In this document: positions 18,867 through 32,645 of the stretch, piece after piece | Numbering within the stretch: the stretch's first letter is position 1 | Layout of the letters: each line of letters starts with the position of its first letter | DNA from: Eledone cirrhosa | Lineage: Eukaryota | Assembly (NCBI GenBank): GCA_964016885.1 | Contig: OZ024759.1 | Span: 14,880,001 to 14,944,000 of the forward strand | Length of the DNA: 64,000 nucleotides | Reading direction: 5' to 3' | The notes under the pieces: generated by a model | What the model was told of the DNA's origin: nothing | Databases searched by the model: none | The model's input: only the letters and a program-made list of their open reading frames with translations | Position numbers and translations under genes: made by a program

Positions 18867-19058
18867 GGTGGTGGATTGGCAGTATCGGTAGAGGGTCGGA
18901 CGCCATGCTTTGACGTATAGAGTTACGGCCCTTGCCATTCTGAGTTCAAACCCCGCCGAGGTTAACTTGGCCTTTCATCCTTTCGGGGTCAATAAAATAG
19001 AGTACCAGTAATGCACTGGATTAATTGTCGGCCTTTCTGCCAGAAGTAGAAACAATTA
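18867..19058 (+). mobile_element. OK-like SINE
   Basis: Full head, core and tail match the other copies. Confidence 0.88.
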
Positions 19059-19214
19059 TTTTATCTTTCAACATTTCACGATGTTTCCAATTAAAATCAG
19101 ATCGTACTTGTCATATTTAGCTGTACAAGAAACGAGAAAATCATTTTAGTATATATTCTTCTGGTCAATAGTTAGATGATACAGATGGCGTATGGTGTTA
19201 CATCTAGGTAAAGT

Positions 19215-19505
19215 ATAGGGGTAGGGTTAAGGTTAGGTGTAAATTTAGAGCTTGGAAGAGGGTCCCGGGTAGGGATAGGCATAACTTTAAGGTTAGGATT
19301 AGTTTTAGCTTTAAAGTTAAAAATAAAATTAGGTTAGGGGATAGTTACGTTAAGGGATAGATTTAGTCTTAGTTTAGGATTAGGTTTAGGGTAGAGGTTA
19401 GGTGTAATTATAAGGTAGGGTTGTGGTTAAAGTTAAGTTTAGGGTTAGTTTCAGTTTTAGATTAGCAATAAAATTAGCTTTGGGATTAAGTTTAGTTTTA
19501 AGTTT
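19215..19505 (+). repeat. Degenerate TTAGGG/TTAGG-like low-complexity tract
   Basis: gggttaaggttagg, ttagggtag and tttagggttag units. Confidence 0.6.
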
Positions 19506-19522
19506 TGGTATACTTTTACAAA

Positions 19523-19523
19523 C

Positions 19524-19574
<51 letters not shown>

Positions 19575-19605
19575 TATATATGTTTATATATATATATATA
19601 TATAT

Positions 19606-19642
<37 letters not shown>

Positions 19643-19724
19643 TATATATATATATATATATATATATGTTTATATATATATATATATATATATATGTTTA
19701 TATATATATATATATATATATGTT

Positions 19725-19755
<31 letters not shown>

Positions 19756-19934
19756 GTATATATATATATATGTTTATATATATATATATATGTGTATATA
19801 TATGTATATATATATGTGTATATGTATATATGTGTGTATATATATGTATATATGTGTGTATATATATATATATATGTGTATATATATATATATATGTGTA
19901 TATATATATATATGTGTATATATATATATATGTG

Positions 19935-19981
<47 letters not shown>

Positions 19982-20994
19982 GTATATATGTGTATATATA
20001 TATATGTGTATATATGTGTATATGTATATATGTGTATATATATATATGTGTATATGTATATATGTGTATATATATATATGTGTATATATATATGTGTATA
20101 TATATATATATATGTATATATGTGTATATGTATATATGTGTATATATATATATGTATATATGTGTATATATATATATGTGTATATATATATATATGTGTA
20201 TATATATATATGTGTATATATATATATGTGTATATATATATATATGTATATATATATGTGTATATGTATATATATATATATATATGTGTATATGTATATA
20301 TATATATATATATGTGTATATGTATATATATATATATATGTGTATATATATATATATGTATATATATATTTGTATATGTATATATATATATATATATGTG
20401 TATATGTATATATATATATATATATGTGTATATATATATATATATGTGTATATATATATATATGTGTATATGTATATATATATATGTGTATATGTATATA
20501 TATATATGTGTATATGTATGTATATATATGTATATGTATGTATATATATGTATATATATATATGTGTATATGTATATATATATGTGTATATGTATATATA
20601 TATGTGTATATGTATGTATATATATGTATATGTATATATGTGTATATGTATATATATATATATGTATATATATATATGTGTATATGTATATATATCTGTG
20701 TATATGTATATATATATGTGTATATATATATGTGTATATGTATATATATATGTGTATATGTATATATATATGTGTATATGTATATATATATGTGTATATG
20801 TATATGTGTATATGTATATATATATATGTGTATATGTATATATATATGTGTATATGTATATGTGTATATGTATATATATATATGTGTATATGTATATATA
20901 TATATGTGTATGTGTATATGTATATGTGTATATGTATATATATATATATGTGTATATGTATATATATATATGTGTATATATATATATATATATA

Positions 20995-21037
<43 letters not shown>

Positions 21038-21184
21038 GTATATGTATATATATATATATGTGTATGTATATATATGTATATATATATATATATGTATATG
21101 TATGTATATGTATATATGTATGTATATGTATATATATATGTATATATATATATATGTATATATATGTATATATATATGTATATG

Positions 21185-21217
<33 letters not shown>

Positions 21218-22397
21218 GTATATGTATATGTATATATATGTATATATATGTATATGTATATATATGTATATGTATATATATATGTATATGTATGTATATG
21301 TATATGTATGTATATGTATATGTATATATATGTATATATATGTATATGTATATATATGTATATATATGTATATGTATATATATGTATATGTATATATATG
21401 TATATGTATATATATGTATATGTATATATATGTATATGTATATATATGTATATGTATATATATGTATATGTATATATATGTATATGTATATATATGTATA
21501 TGTATATATATGTATATGTATATATATGTATATGTATATATATGTATATGTATATATATGTATATATATGTATATGTATATATATGTATATATATGTATA
21601 TGTATATATATATGTGTGTATATGTATATATATATGTGTGTATATGTATATATATATGTGTGTATATGTATATATATATGTGTGTATATGTATATATATA
21701 TGTGTGTATATGTATATATATATATGTGTGTATATGTATATATATATATGTGTGTATATGTATATATATATATGTGTGTATATGTATATATATATATGTG
21801 TGTATATGTATATATATATATGTGTATATGTATATATATATATGTGTATATGTATATACATATATGTGTATATGTATATATATATATGTGTATATGTATA
21901 TATATATATGTGTATATGTATATATATATATGTGTATATGTATATATATATATGTGTATATGTATATGTATATATATATATGTGTATATGTATATATATA
22001 TATGTGTATATGTATATATATATATGTGTATATGTATATATATATGTGTATATGTATATATATGTGTATATGTATGTATATATATGTGTATATGTATGTA
22101 TATATATGTGTATATGTATATATATATATGTGTATATGTATATATATATATGTGTATATGTATATATATATATGTGTATATGTATATATATATATGTGTA
22201 TATGTATATATATATATGTGTATATGTATATATGTATATGTGTATATGTATATATATATATGTGTATATGTATATGTGTATATGTATATATATATATGTG
22301 TATATGTATATGTGTATATGTATATATATATATGTGTATATATATGTGTATATGTATATATGTGTATATGTATATATATATATATATGTATATATAT
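19523..22397. repeat. 2.9-kb (TA)n/TG microsatellite
   Basis: Seen directly; ends exactly at element A1. Confidence 0.97.
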
Positions 22398-22846
22398 GAT
22401 ATTAAATAAATGGAAACTATATTTATTTCCTTATATATATATTTCAGGGATATCATATTAACAATATGTTATGCCTTCATCAGACAAAATACAATATAAA
22501 CAGTCTTATAAATAAATAGATATGACATACCTTTCAATCGACCTGCATTTGGGAAGTTGATTTGGCAGATCAACTTCCAAATCAACTTCCCAAATGCAGG
22601 TCGATTGAAAGGTATGTCATATCTATTTATTTATAAGACTGTTTATATTGTATTTTGTCTGATGAAGGCATAACATATTGTTAATATGATATCCCTGAAA
22701 TATATATAATGAAATAAATATGGTTTTATAAATATAGTTTCCATTTATTTAATATCATAAATATACTCCAAATACTTGTTGAGTGCTTTTATATCAGTTA
22801 TAAATATTTACTCGTTGTTAACCCAACAATTTAAATATAACTTTCC
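22398..22846 (+). mobile_element. Fold-back hammerhead element, family A copy 1
   Basis: Inverted arms 22398-22565 and 22577-22756, then a 90-nt tail into (TA)n; homologous to copies at 38003, 52044, 52906 and 55285. Confidence 0.85.
22651..22716 (+). ncRNA. Minimal type-I hammerhead ribozyme motif (A1)
   Basis: TATTTTGT-CTGATGA-stem II AGGCATAACATATT/AATATGATATCCCT-GAAA-TATATA-TA|ATGAAATA; stem I pairs 8/8 allowing G-U. Confidence 0.8.
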
Positions 22847-23299
22847 ATATATGTATATATATATATATAAATGTGTGTATATATATAAATCTGTGTATAT
22901 ATATATATGTATATATAAATATGTGTGTGTATATATATAAATGTGTGTATATATATATGTATATATATATATAAATGTGTGTGTATATATGTATGCATAT
23001 ATATATAAATGTGTGTATATATGTATGCATATATATATATATAAATGTGTGTATATATGTATGCATATATATATATATAAATGTGTGTATATATGTATGC
23101 ATATATATATAAATATATGTATGTATATATGTATGCAAATATATATATATATATATACAAATATATGTATGTATATATGTATGCAAATATATATATATAT
23201 ATATATATAAATATATGTATGTATATATGTATGCATATATTTATATATATATATATATATATAGATCAATAAATATATCTATGTATGTGTATATATATA

Positions 23300-23380
<81 letters not shown>

Positions 23381-23571
23381 AAGGAAATGTGGTAATGAAC
23401 CAGATGGACCATAACGCACCAGAGTACGCAAGACTTAGCGTCGTAGAGTGGGAAATAGGAAAAAGTATGACCCCCGATGGCAGAGATCAGGCCGTTTCGA
23501 CGGCTATCTCTGGACTCCAGAAATAGCTGCCGAAACGGCTTGAGCTCTGCCGTCGAGGTCTTACTTTCCCC

Positions 23572-23573
<2 letters not shown>
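23381..23573 (-). mobile_element. Fold-back element, family B copy 1
   Basis: Imperfect palindrome 23456-23573 centred near 23515, with tail 23381-23455; (TA)n on both sides. Confidence 0.75.
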
Positions 23574-23606
<33 letters not shown>

Positions 23607-23608
23607 AT

Positions 23609-24131
23609 GATAATAAGGTCGCTGCGGAGTTGCAAATGGGTTACATGTGAAAACAGTTTGTCCTTCATCAGTGATCTTCCAACCATCATAGGCATTTCAT
23701 CGCTTTAAAGACCATATACCTCCGGTTGGTGCGAGCAACGGCTAAAAAAAGTCGTTGGGACACGTAAATAAAGGGGACGCGAGGGTAAACAAACAAAATG
23801 GTGAAGCAACAGAAAGGGAGGAAGAAAGAGACAAGTCCCAGATTTCTATGAATTTAAATTCGGTGAAATCGTGAACGAGAGAATAAAGACCCTCAAACCT
23901 GATTCTCTCGTTCACGATTTCACCGAATTTAAATTCATAGAAATCTGGGACTTGTCTCTTTCTTCCTCACTTTCTGTTGCTTCACCATTTTGTTTGTTTA
24001 CCCTCGCGTCCCCTTTATTTACGTGTCCCAACGACTTTTTTTAGCCGTTGCTCGCACCAACCGGAGGTATATGGTCTTTAAAGCGATGAAATGCCTATGA
24101 TGGTTGGAAGATCACTGATGAAGGACAAACT
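23609..24131 (-). mobile_element. Large fold-back element with 230-bp arms
   Basis: Arms 23655-23884 and 23902-24131, near-perfect; CTGATGA close to the outer end of each arm; (TA)n flanks. Confidence 0.75.
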
Positions 24132-24320
24132 TTTTATATACATATATATATATCAATAAATATATGTATGTATGTGTAAATATGTATCCATATATACATA
24201 TAAACACACATATGCACCACACCAAATATACATATGTAGTAAATTATTTTACTTGTTACAGTCAGTAGACTTCGGCCCAGCTGAGACACCACGTTGGAAA
24301 ACACACACACACACACACAC

Positions 24321-24413
<93 letters not shown>

Positions 24414-24712
24414 GATAGATATATACCACCTCATCAATTCATATGATACCACATCACATATGTTATAGTATTATCTTCATGTCTTTCAAACCGAATTTTG
24501 TTTTTACGATTTTTATCGTTTATATCGTCAAAATCGGAAACACAATATAAACAGGAATAGTAATATGAATTTGTAAGATTAATGATAATTCAATTTTTTC
24601 CCTCTTCGTGTCATTTATTCCATTCGTTGTTCATTTTACTTTAGCATTTATTAAGATTTTATTATTTTTACTTTTGTCATCATCTCCAGACAGTCTGTAC
24701 TGTCCAGTTATA

Positions 24713-24715
<3 letters not shown>

Positions 24716-24770
<55 letters not shown>

Positions 24771-25363
24771 ATATATATATGTATATATATATATATGTGT
24801 GTGTGTGTATATATATATGTATATATATATATGTGTGTATATATATATGTATATATATATATATGTGTGTATATATATATGTATATATATATATATGTGT
24901 GTGTATATATGTATATATATATATGTGTGTGTATATATGTATATATATATATATGTGTGTGTATATATGTATATATATATATATGTGTGTGTATATATGT
25001 ATATATATATATATGTGTGTGTATATATATATGTATATATATATATATGTGTGTGTATATATATATGTATATATATATATGTGTGTGTATATATATATGT
25101 ATATATATATGTATATATATATTTGTGTGTGTGTGTGTATATATGTATGTGTATATACGTGTACGTGTATATATTTGTATGTGTATATACGTGTACGTGT
25201 ATATATTTGTGTGTGTATATATATGCATGTGTATATACGTGTACGTGTGTATATATTTGTGTGTATATATGTGTATATACGTGTACGTGTGTATATATAT
25301 TGTGTGTATGTGTGTGTATATACATATGTGTGTGTGTGTATATGCATATGCGTGTGTATATAC

Positions 25364-25394
<31 letters not shown>

Positions 25395-25395
25395 A
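24716..25395. repeat. TA/TG compound microsatellite
   Basis: Seen directly. Confidence 0.95.
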
Positions 25396-25560
25396 ATGAA
25401 GTATTTCCGTCAGAAATGTACAGGAAAAAAGAGTGCTCTATGTAGGCTACAGAGCTTATTATTTATGTAATACACAACATAAGATAGTCATTTCATTTAC
25501 CAGTGGTTTCTTGAAGAAAGACCTGGTAAATGAATTAATTATCTTATGTTGTTTATTACA

Positions 25561-25604
<44 letters not shown>

Positions 25605-25609
<5 letters not shown>

Positions 25610-25972
25610 GGCTTCTACAGGACTAGAACTGTTTCATTCGGAAGAAATCATCAGGAAAGCTTTTATATTATATATTTATACAGGGCAGCGGATTGGCAGT
25701 ATCGGTAGGGCGTCGGACATGCTTTGCGGCATAGAGTTACGGCCCTTTATGATCTGAGTTCAAATCCCGCCGAGGTTAACTTTACCTTCCTTACGGGGTC
25801 GATAAAATAAAGTACCAGTAATACACTGAGGTAGATTTAATCGCCTTTTCCCTTCCCCAAAATTGTTAGCCTTCTGCCTATATAAGAAGCCATATTATAT
25901 ATGTATACTCTGCTATGGATTGAGTGCCTTACTTACTGTGGTTACCCCCGATTGAGCCCGGGATAAACATAT
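25605..25972 (+). mobile_element. Family I element (hammerhead-like inverted piece plus tail) interrupted by a SINE
   Basis: 25605-25660 matches 51346-51400; 25885-25972 matches the reverse complement of 51256-51357. Confidence 0.6.
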
Positions 25973-26441
25973 ATATTGGCAGTATCGGTAGAGCGTCTGA
26001 CACCATGCTTTGCAGCATAGAGTTACGGCCCTTTGTAGTCTGACTTCAAATCCTGCCGAGGTTAACTTTGCGTTTCATTCTTACGGGGTCGATAAAATAA
26101 AGTACCGAGCTCTCGTTTTCACACTCAACCCAATTTGGTGGGGCCAGTGCCGCAGTGGGGCGTATGTGAGGGACTTTGGCCGACGGAGGTGATAAACACA
26201 ACATATTTGATCCATTTAGATAATACAGATATAAACACACATGCCGTATTATTATTGCGGTGAATTGGCAGTATCAGTAGAGAGTTGGATGCCATGATTT
26301 CTAGCATAGTTACGTCTCTTTACGGTCTGGGTTCAAAACCCGTCGAGGTTAACTTTAACTTTCATCCTTACGGGGTCGATAAAATAAAGTACCAGTAATG
26401 CACTGGTTAATTGATAGCCTAGTGCCAAAAGTAGAAACAAC
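25684..26441 (+). mobile_element. Three OK-like SINE copies
   Basis: Copies at about 25684-25880, 25976-26106 and 26257-26441. Confidence 0.85.
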
Positions 26442-26639
26442 TATTATTGTCTTTAGACGGCACCCAAGTTGGGGTATTGCCATGAAGGGATTTAATCGGT
26501 CTTATCAAAATTAACACTCAGTTGTTTAGGTGTCATACTTGTCTAGATCAGCGATTCCCACCATGGGGCAGATGCCACCTAGGGGGGCAAATTGTAAATG
26601 ATGTTAAAGAGAACAAACTTCAGGTTCAATCTTATGACT

Positions 26640-27065
26640 TTTACACCAAAACAACTTTGGTACACATTACTGATACTTATATCCTACCAGTTGTGTTATA
26701 TGGTCTTGATTGTGTTAATTGGACAACAAGGTCACTTCAGAAGCTCTCTACATTCCAGAACCACATCATGAGATTTATGACTGGTAAGCGGCTCAGTGAG
26801 CTGCTCAACATTACCAGACTTAGACCAATTACATCAATTGTCAAGTCAAGAGTACTCAAACTATACGGTCATATAAAAATGTCAACTCGTGGTGTGAGTA
26901 GGTTATGCCTGGAAGGAAGATTGGCTAGTAGAGAAGCAGAGGCTGGCAGCCAAAACAATGGCTTAATAATGTCAAGTTATGGACTAGACTTTAAACTCTG
27001 CTGCTGGTGATCGAACTTTGTGGAGAGAGATATCTCATGTTGATGCGCAGTCTGCAACTGGCGGA
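26640..27065 (+). mobile_element. RTE-clade LINE, C-terminal fragment
   Basis: YILPVVLYGLDCVNW...KLSTFQNHIMR...LKLYGHIK...LEG matches the post-RT region of RTE LINEs. Confidence 0.7.
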
Positions 27066-27417
27066 GTTTAGCGTCAGCAGAAGACTGTTGGAAACTCCTG
27101 TCTGCCCCCCCCCCCCCTCCACATATGTCATTGTACGTCTGGCACCACGTATACACCAATTTGTTTACACTTTGCAGTTGATCATCGCTGTTTTCAAATC
27201 AAAGTGGGGCATAATCATTTTTGAGGTGTCGAGATGGGGCATAGGACACAAACGATTTGGAAACACTGGTCGAGAAACCTTTTGCCAGGCTACTACTTTA
27301 GGGAACATAAAGAGTAATCGTAAACATAGACATAGAAACGCATTCGTACACTCAGACAGACAGACAAACACATATTTATATATGTATACATACGTGTATA
27401 CACATAGTATATACACG

Positions 27418-27456
<39 letters not shown>

Positions 27457-27568
27457 AACATTAAATTAAGGGTTGTCATGTCTGAGAGACATGCGCCATA
27501 TCCACTGTAGAATAAGCTCAAAGATTGTGATTGTTCCATATATATATATGTCAATCTATTTCTAGTTG

Positions 27569-27599
<31 letters not shown>

Positions 27600-27601
27600 C
27601 G

Positions 27602-27633
<32 letters not shown>

Positions 27634-27817
27634 TAAAAGGAAAAGAAAATGGTGACAAATTTTTCCCAGTGAAAAATAGTTTAATTAGGAATAAGTATAA
27701 ATTAGTAATAAGTATGGGTTAGTATTCAGTTTTAGTTTTAAGTTTTTACCGGTTGCGCATTTCTAATGATTTTCAAAAATAATTTTTGAGATAGAGCGCT
27801 CGTGATGTTTGCTCATA

Positions 27818-27852
<35 letters not shown>

Positions 27853-27874
27853 CGTACGTATGTATATATATATA

Positions 27875-28011
27875 AAACAAAGAGGGTCTGCTAAGATAAC
27901 AGGTGGATCATAACGCACTAGAGTACTCAATACTTAGGGTAGTAGAGTGGATGAAAGGAAAAAGTCAGGGACCCGACGGCTGAGCTCGGGTCGTTTTGAC
28001 AGCTAGATCCG
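27875..28011 (-). mobile_element. Family B copy 2 (no fold-back arm)
   Basis: ggatcataacgcactagagtactcaatacttagggtagtagagtgg...cccgacggctgagctc matches B1 and B3. Confidence 0.75.
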
Positions 28012-28106
28012 AACTGAGACGCACGGCATGGCAGCGATGATGAGGGTTAGAGACTGGTGGAGATAACTCGTCCATGGATCTCGGCAATTCTACCCGCCCT
28101 AGATAG
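28012..28106 (+). mobile_element. RTE LINE extreme 3' end
   Basis: Homologous to the reverse complement of 53490-53582 (tccatggatctcgg...tacccgcc.tag). Confidence 0.7.
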
Positions 28107-28231
28107 ATATATGTATATATGTATGTATATATGTATATATATATATGTATATATGGCATGCGTCTTTAGATGACAGCAAGCTTAGTTTGAAAATAAAAAG
28201 AAAGCAGCATTGGAAGGTACTATAAATATCA

Positions 28232-28545
28232 TAAATTAGAGAAAAAGGAAGGAGGGTAAGTGCAAGGACTACGAGAACAAATGAAGAAAGAAAGGTGTAA
28301 GGAGAGACGGAGACACCCTACACCTAGGTCATAGTGGTGCTTTGGCAAAATGGCAAAGGTATTTCCGCGGACACTGGCTTCAACAACCATCCACCTCACC
28401 TCGCGGGGCTCCTTCTTCAGACGGTTTGCTATCAATCCGATTTTACGGAGTAGGTCACTTGTGCTGGGTCCGAGGGCGCTGGAAGTGTCGACTGCCATCG
28501 ATACAAAGAGGAAGCGGACGGACATGCTCCGGTGTTTTAAAAATT
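28232..28545 (-). mobile_element. CRE-clade endonuclease fragment
   Basis: FVSMAVDTSSALGPSTSDLLRKIG...KEPREVRW...VRGNTFAIL. Confidence 0.75.
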
Positions 28546-28672
28546 GATTTAGAAGATTCACCGTATCTTTGACTACAGAAAATAATCTAATAATAGGGTA
28601 TATAATTCTACTGAACTGAAAAAGGGGCCCATTTTTTCAGTTTGGAAACACAACAATTTACGTGTAAATTTT

Positions 28673-28828
28673 ATTCAGACTATTGTAGAAAACCCTGCCC
28701 AAGGTGCCACGCAGTGTGACTAATTCCGATATTCAGACTATTGTAGAAAACCCTGCCCAAGGTGCCACGCAGTGTGACTAATTCCGAAGCCTCTCGGTTA
28801 CACAGCGAACATCTGAACCACGCAGCCA
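28673..28828 (-). repeat. 58-bp tandem duplication overlapping a SINE head fragment
   Basis: attcagactattgtagaaaaccctgcccaaggtgccacgcagtgtgactaattccga occurs twice. Confidence 0.8.
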
Positions 28829-29419
28829 TAGAATTTAAAGCTACTTTTTCTTTGTCTCAGATAAATTGACATAGATAGACACTAAAGTTAATTGAATGTT
28901 TCCTAATCAATGTTTTCAATCAATAACAGATTAATCCGCTTGACTTGTAGCAGTAGACATATTATATATTTGCATTGAAAGTTTGTAATAATGAATTATG
29001 ATTTTATTTCAGAAAAACAATAGAGAGATAACGAAAACTGTTCGGTATCAGGAGATCAATTCGGTATTGTTTTTAATCGCTTATTCAGAAGAAAAGGCTG
29101 CGTTCATGACACTTTTGATGGGGCTTCAGGTCTGCTGGGAGGAAATGAGATACACAACAGATCGTGTTTTGTTAAACTCTCCCATGTATTTGGTAGTGGG
29201 GTTAAATATAAAAACGGGTTAAGCCTGCTACTGAAGTAGGACACTGCGGTATTTCATACCATAGTGTAAAAACACGGAGGAAATAGTACAAGGCACTCAG
29301 TCTCATGCTTATAAGCCTCCACATGTCTGTCGCTTTTGTTTTTGTCCTGGAAAAATTCAAAGTTGATAGTGGAAGGATTTGATCTTTGACACAAAACCTG
29401 CAATTTATATGGAGTAGAA

Positions 29420-29818
29420 AATCGATTATATCAAAACCAGTATATGATTGATACTTTACCTACACCGGGGTGGTGAAAGACACATTTGCTCGCTGCGTGA
29501 TTTGAACTCAGTATGTAAAGAGCCGTAACAAACACTTCTACACATTTGTCCGATACTCTAACAACTCTGTCAATCCAGCGTCCGCAATATCAACTAATAA
29601 TGGTTTCTTATTTCGGCACAAGGCCAGCAAATTTTGGGAGGAAGGGAAAGTCGATTAAATCGACCCCAGTGCATGGCTGGTACTTTATTTTACCGACCCC
29701 GTAAGGATGAAAGGCAAAGTCAACCTGCGCGCGATTTGAACTCACATCATAAAGGGCTGTAACTCTATCCTGCAATGCATGGCGTCAGACCCTCTACCGA
29801 TACTGCCAATCCACTGCC
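29420..29818 (-). mobile_element. Two OK-like SINEs (one degenerate)
   Basis: ggatgaaaggcaaagtcaacc...gatttgaactc...tactgccaatccac. Confidence 0.8.
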
Positions 29819-30214
29819 CTAACAATATCAACCAATAATAGCTTATTGTGAAAGCCCCTGACGTACTGTTTAAGTGGCACAACACGCAATCGTTCAGTTC
29901 GATTCTTGATGGTGCGTTGGGTCTTTGAGCAAGACACTTCATTTCATATTGCCCCAATGAACTCAGCTTGCACAAAATGAGCTGCACTTGTAACGAAAAG
30001 GGCAGACATGGCTCGCTACGTTGTGCAATGCTGAAGCTCTCTCTCTCTCTATCTCTCTCTCTCTCTCTCTGGATTGCATAAAGAGAACACGTGTCTATGA
30101 AATACTTAACAAGTTACACATAATTTAAAGATCAGAAATAAATCTTGCTAACCACTTGTTCCTGACGATGAAGCAATTATGTCAATACACCACCATAGAG
30201 CGGTAATTTGTAAC

Positions 30215-30450
30215 TATTTCTGCTTTTGGCACACGACCAGCAATTTGTTTTCTTTTATTTTAGGTGGGTGGAAGAGAAAGTCGATTACATTACTGGTACT
30301 TTATTTTATCGACCCCGTAAGGATGAAAGGCAAAGTTACTCTCGGCGGGATTTGAAGGTTAACTTTTGCCTTTCATCCTAACGGGGTCGATAAAATAAAG
30401 TGCCAGTAACACACTGGAATAATTGCTGGCCTTGTCCCCATAGTAGAAAT
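30215..30450. mobile_element. Two SINE 3' halves fused in inverted orientation
   Basis: 30291-30348 is the reverse complement of 30358-30418. Confidence 0.8.
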
Positions 30451-30699
30451 CATTATTAATTGAGTGAGAATTAATAATGCGAGACGTCAAGACATTTCGC
30501 CTGATGTTGTCGAAGGAGTGTCTTTAATATAGCTTCGGTAATTCTACTGAAGACTCGTGAGTGAAGCTGAGTAGGCGGAAGATGTGTTGAAGTGCATCAG
30601 ATGGATTCTATTGGTAATTCAAAGGTCCAGAATTGTCATATATTTTGCCACGAATATTCGACTTGTAAGTTGTATTACATTAAAAGTAAGCGGTGAGAG

Positions 30700-30908
30700 C
30701 ACGTAGAGTAATGGTTAGAGTGGTGAACTTATAGTTGATATTATGTTCGTGTGTTCGATTCCTGAACCAGATGGTATGTTGTGTTCTTGAGCAAACTATT
30801 TTATTTCAGGTTGCTTTTTCTACCAACAGTTGCGACCGGTAGAGAATATCAGAAATAGAAAGACCAATGGAAACATTGTTTCCTCGGGTCGATCTGACGA
30901 TCTGCTCG
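30700..30908 (+). mobile_element. CORE-type (OR-like) tRNA-derived SINE
   Basis: tggttagag...gttcgattcc...ttcttgagcaa...ttgcgaccg...gaaagaccaatggaaacattg; same family as 35058, 58690 and 63443. Confidence 0.75.
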
Positions 30909-30916
30909 TGTTATAT

Positions 30917-31412
30917 ATACTACCCGAATTACCCGCACCTTGCTGCGTTTCACACATTTTTTTTTTGTAAGAAAATGATGATTGATTTTAAATCAGTGAT
31001 ATAATTTATGGAGAAAAACTCTGCATTTCAATATTACTCAATGTAAAATGCAATGCATGAAAAATTGGAAAACATTATTTTTTGTAACGTATCATATCAA
31101 AATTACATTATTAAATCTTATTCTTATTTTGTTTCTTGTAAATAATTTTTTTCAAAATATCAATTCAAACGTTTTGTGAATAGGTATCATATCTTGTCAT
31201 TTACTTATGGTTTAAATTTTATATAGATCGAAAACATTTTCAGCGGGGGTTTGTGCACCCGGTGAACTCTTTGATTAAAATGAAATATACGTAACAAATC
31301 AAATGGGCATGAGCCCCACACACGTGTCAAGTTTCATCAAGATCGGATTGGTAGTTTTTGAGTTTTAGGTTCACAAACAAATCCACAAACACACACACAT
31401 ACACAGACAGAA
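30917..31412 (+). mobile_element. Possible non-autonomous Helitron/Helentron-like element
   Basis: Starts tactacccg...acccgcac; ends aagtttcatcaagatcggatt...agttt, then a CAAA/CAGA microsatellite and tttatata, typical of DINE-1/HINE-like 3' ends. Confidence 0.5.
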
Positions 31413-31421
31413 ATTGCCATT

Positions 31422-31464
<43 letters not shown>

Positions 31465-31609
31465 GTAATGTATAATAAACAACACAGTATAATTACCTCA
31501 TTACCCGAGGTTTCCCGAACAGGACGATCACAAGGGACGTCCGCATTCGTGCGTCAGATGAAGCAATATAACATAGTGAGATATTACTTCTTGCACGGAA
31601 ACTTCAACA

Positions 31610-31611
<2 letters not shown>

Positions 31612-31647
<36 letters not shown>

Positions 31648-32150
31648 TATATTGATAGATATATATATATATAGATAGATAGAGATAGATAGAGATAGAT
31701 AGATATAGAGATAGATAGATATAGAGATAGATAGATAGATAGAGATAGATAGATAGAGATAGATAGATAGAGATAGATAGATAGAGATAGATAGATAGAG
31801 ATAGATAGATAGATAGAGATAGATAGATAGATAGATAGATAGATATATATAGAGATAGATATAGATAGATAGATAGATATATATAGAGATAGATATATAG
31901 AGAGAGATAGATAGATAGAGAGAGATAGATAGATAGAGAGAGATCGATATAGATATAGATATATATATATATAGAGAGAGAGAGATATATATAGATATAT
32001 ATATAGATATAGACATGTTTCTTTATTAGCCACAGGGGCACAAAAGAAGGGGACAAATACATATATCTATATATAGATATATATATATATAGATATATAT
32101 AGATATAGATAGATAGATATATATACAGATATATATACATATATATATAT
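31612..32150. repeat. (GATA)n/(GA)n microsatellite
   Basis: Seen directly. Confidence 0.95.
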
Positions 32151-32645
32151 TTCTTTATTAGCCACAGGGGCACAAAAGAAGGGGACAAATACAAAGGGGG
32201 AAGTTTACATACAATAAAAACGTGTAAAATGCTATCACAAATGTAATTTAAAAATTAATCGATTTTCCCCAATAGGGGGAGACATTTCATATGGGTAACA
32301 CATACCCCCGAAAAAATGTGCAACCCTCATCTCCAGGAGTACGAAGAGTTTGTACCCCTTTCCTCTCTTCCTCTTTTTCCTCAACCTAGAGGCTGATATA
32401 GAGAGAAGGCCCATTCACTCGGGCCATTCTCGCCACTTTCACCCACCTTTCATAAAACTTGCTGGGGTACAGCACCTCTCTCTCCATCCTGATTCTTCTT
32501 CCAAAGTGGTATTTGAAAAAAAGAATCAGTTGTTGGCCGGAGAGAAAGGTGTCTGACATCAACCCTTTAACCTCGTCCACCATACAATCTCTTTCGCCAT
32601 AGTTATCACACGAAGGAAAACCGCCTCTCCTTCGTTATTGAATAG
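32151..32645 (-). mobile_element. L1/Tx1-clade LINE 3' end
   Basis: Homologous to 35449-35950; terminal 42 bp duplicated at 32019-32061. Confidence 0.75.

Noticed and set aside
19215-19505. Telomere or chromosome fusion site
   Set aside because: Highly degenerate and short, with no inverted CCCTAA block
22398-22846. MITE interpretation of the palindromes
   Set aside because: One arm is internal, arm length varies between copies, and arms mirror copy-specific changes
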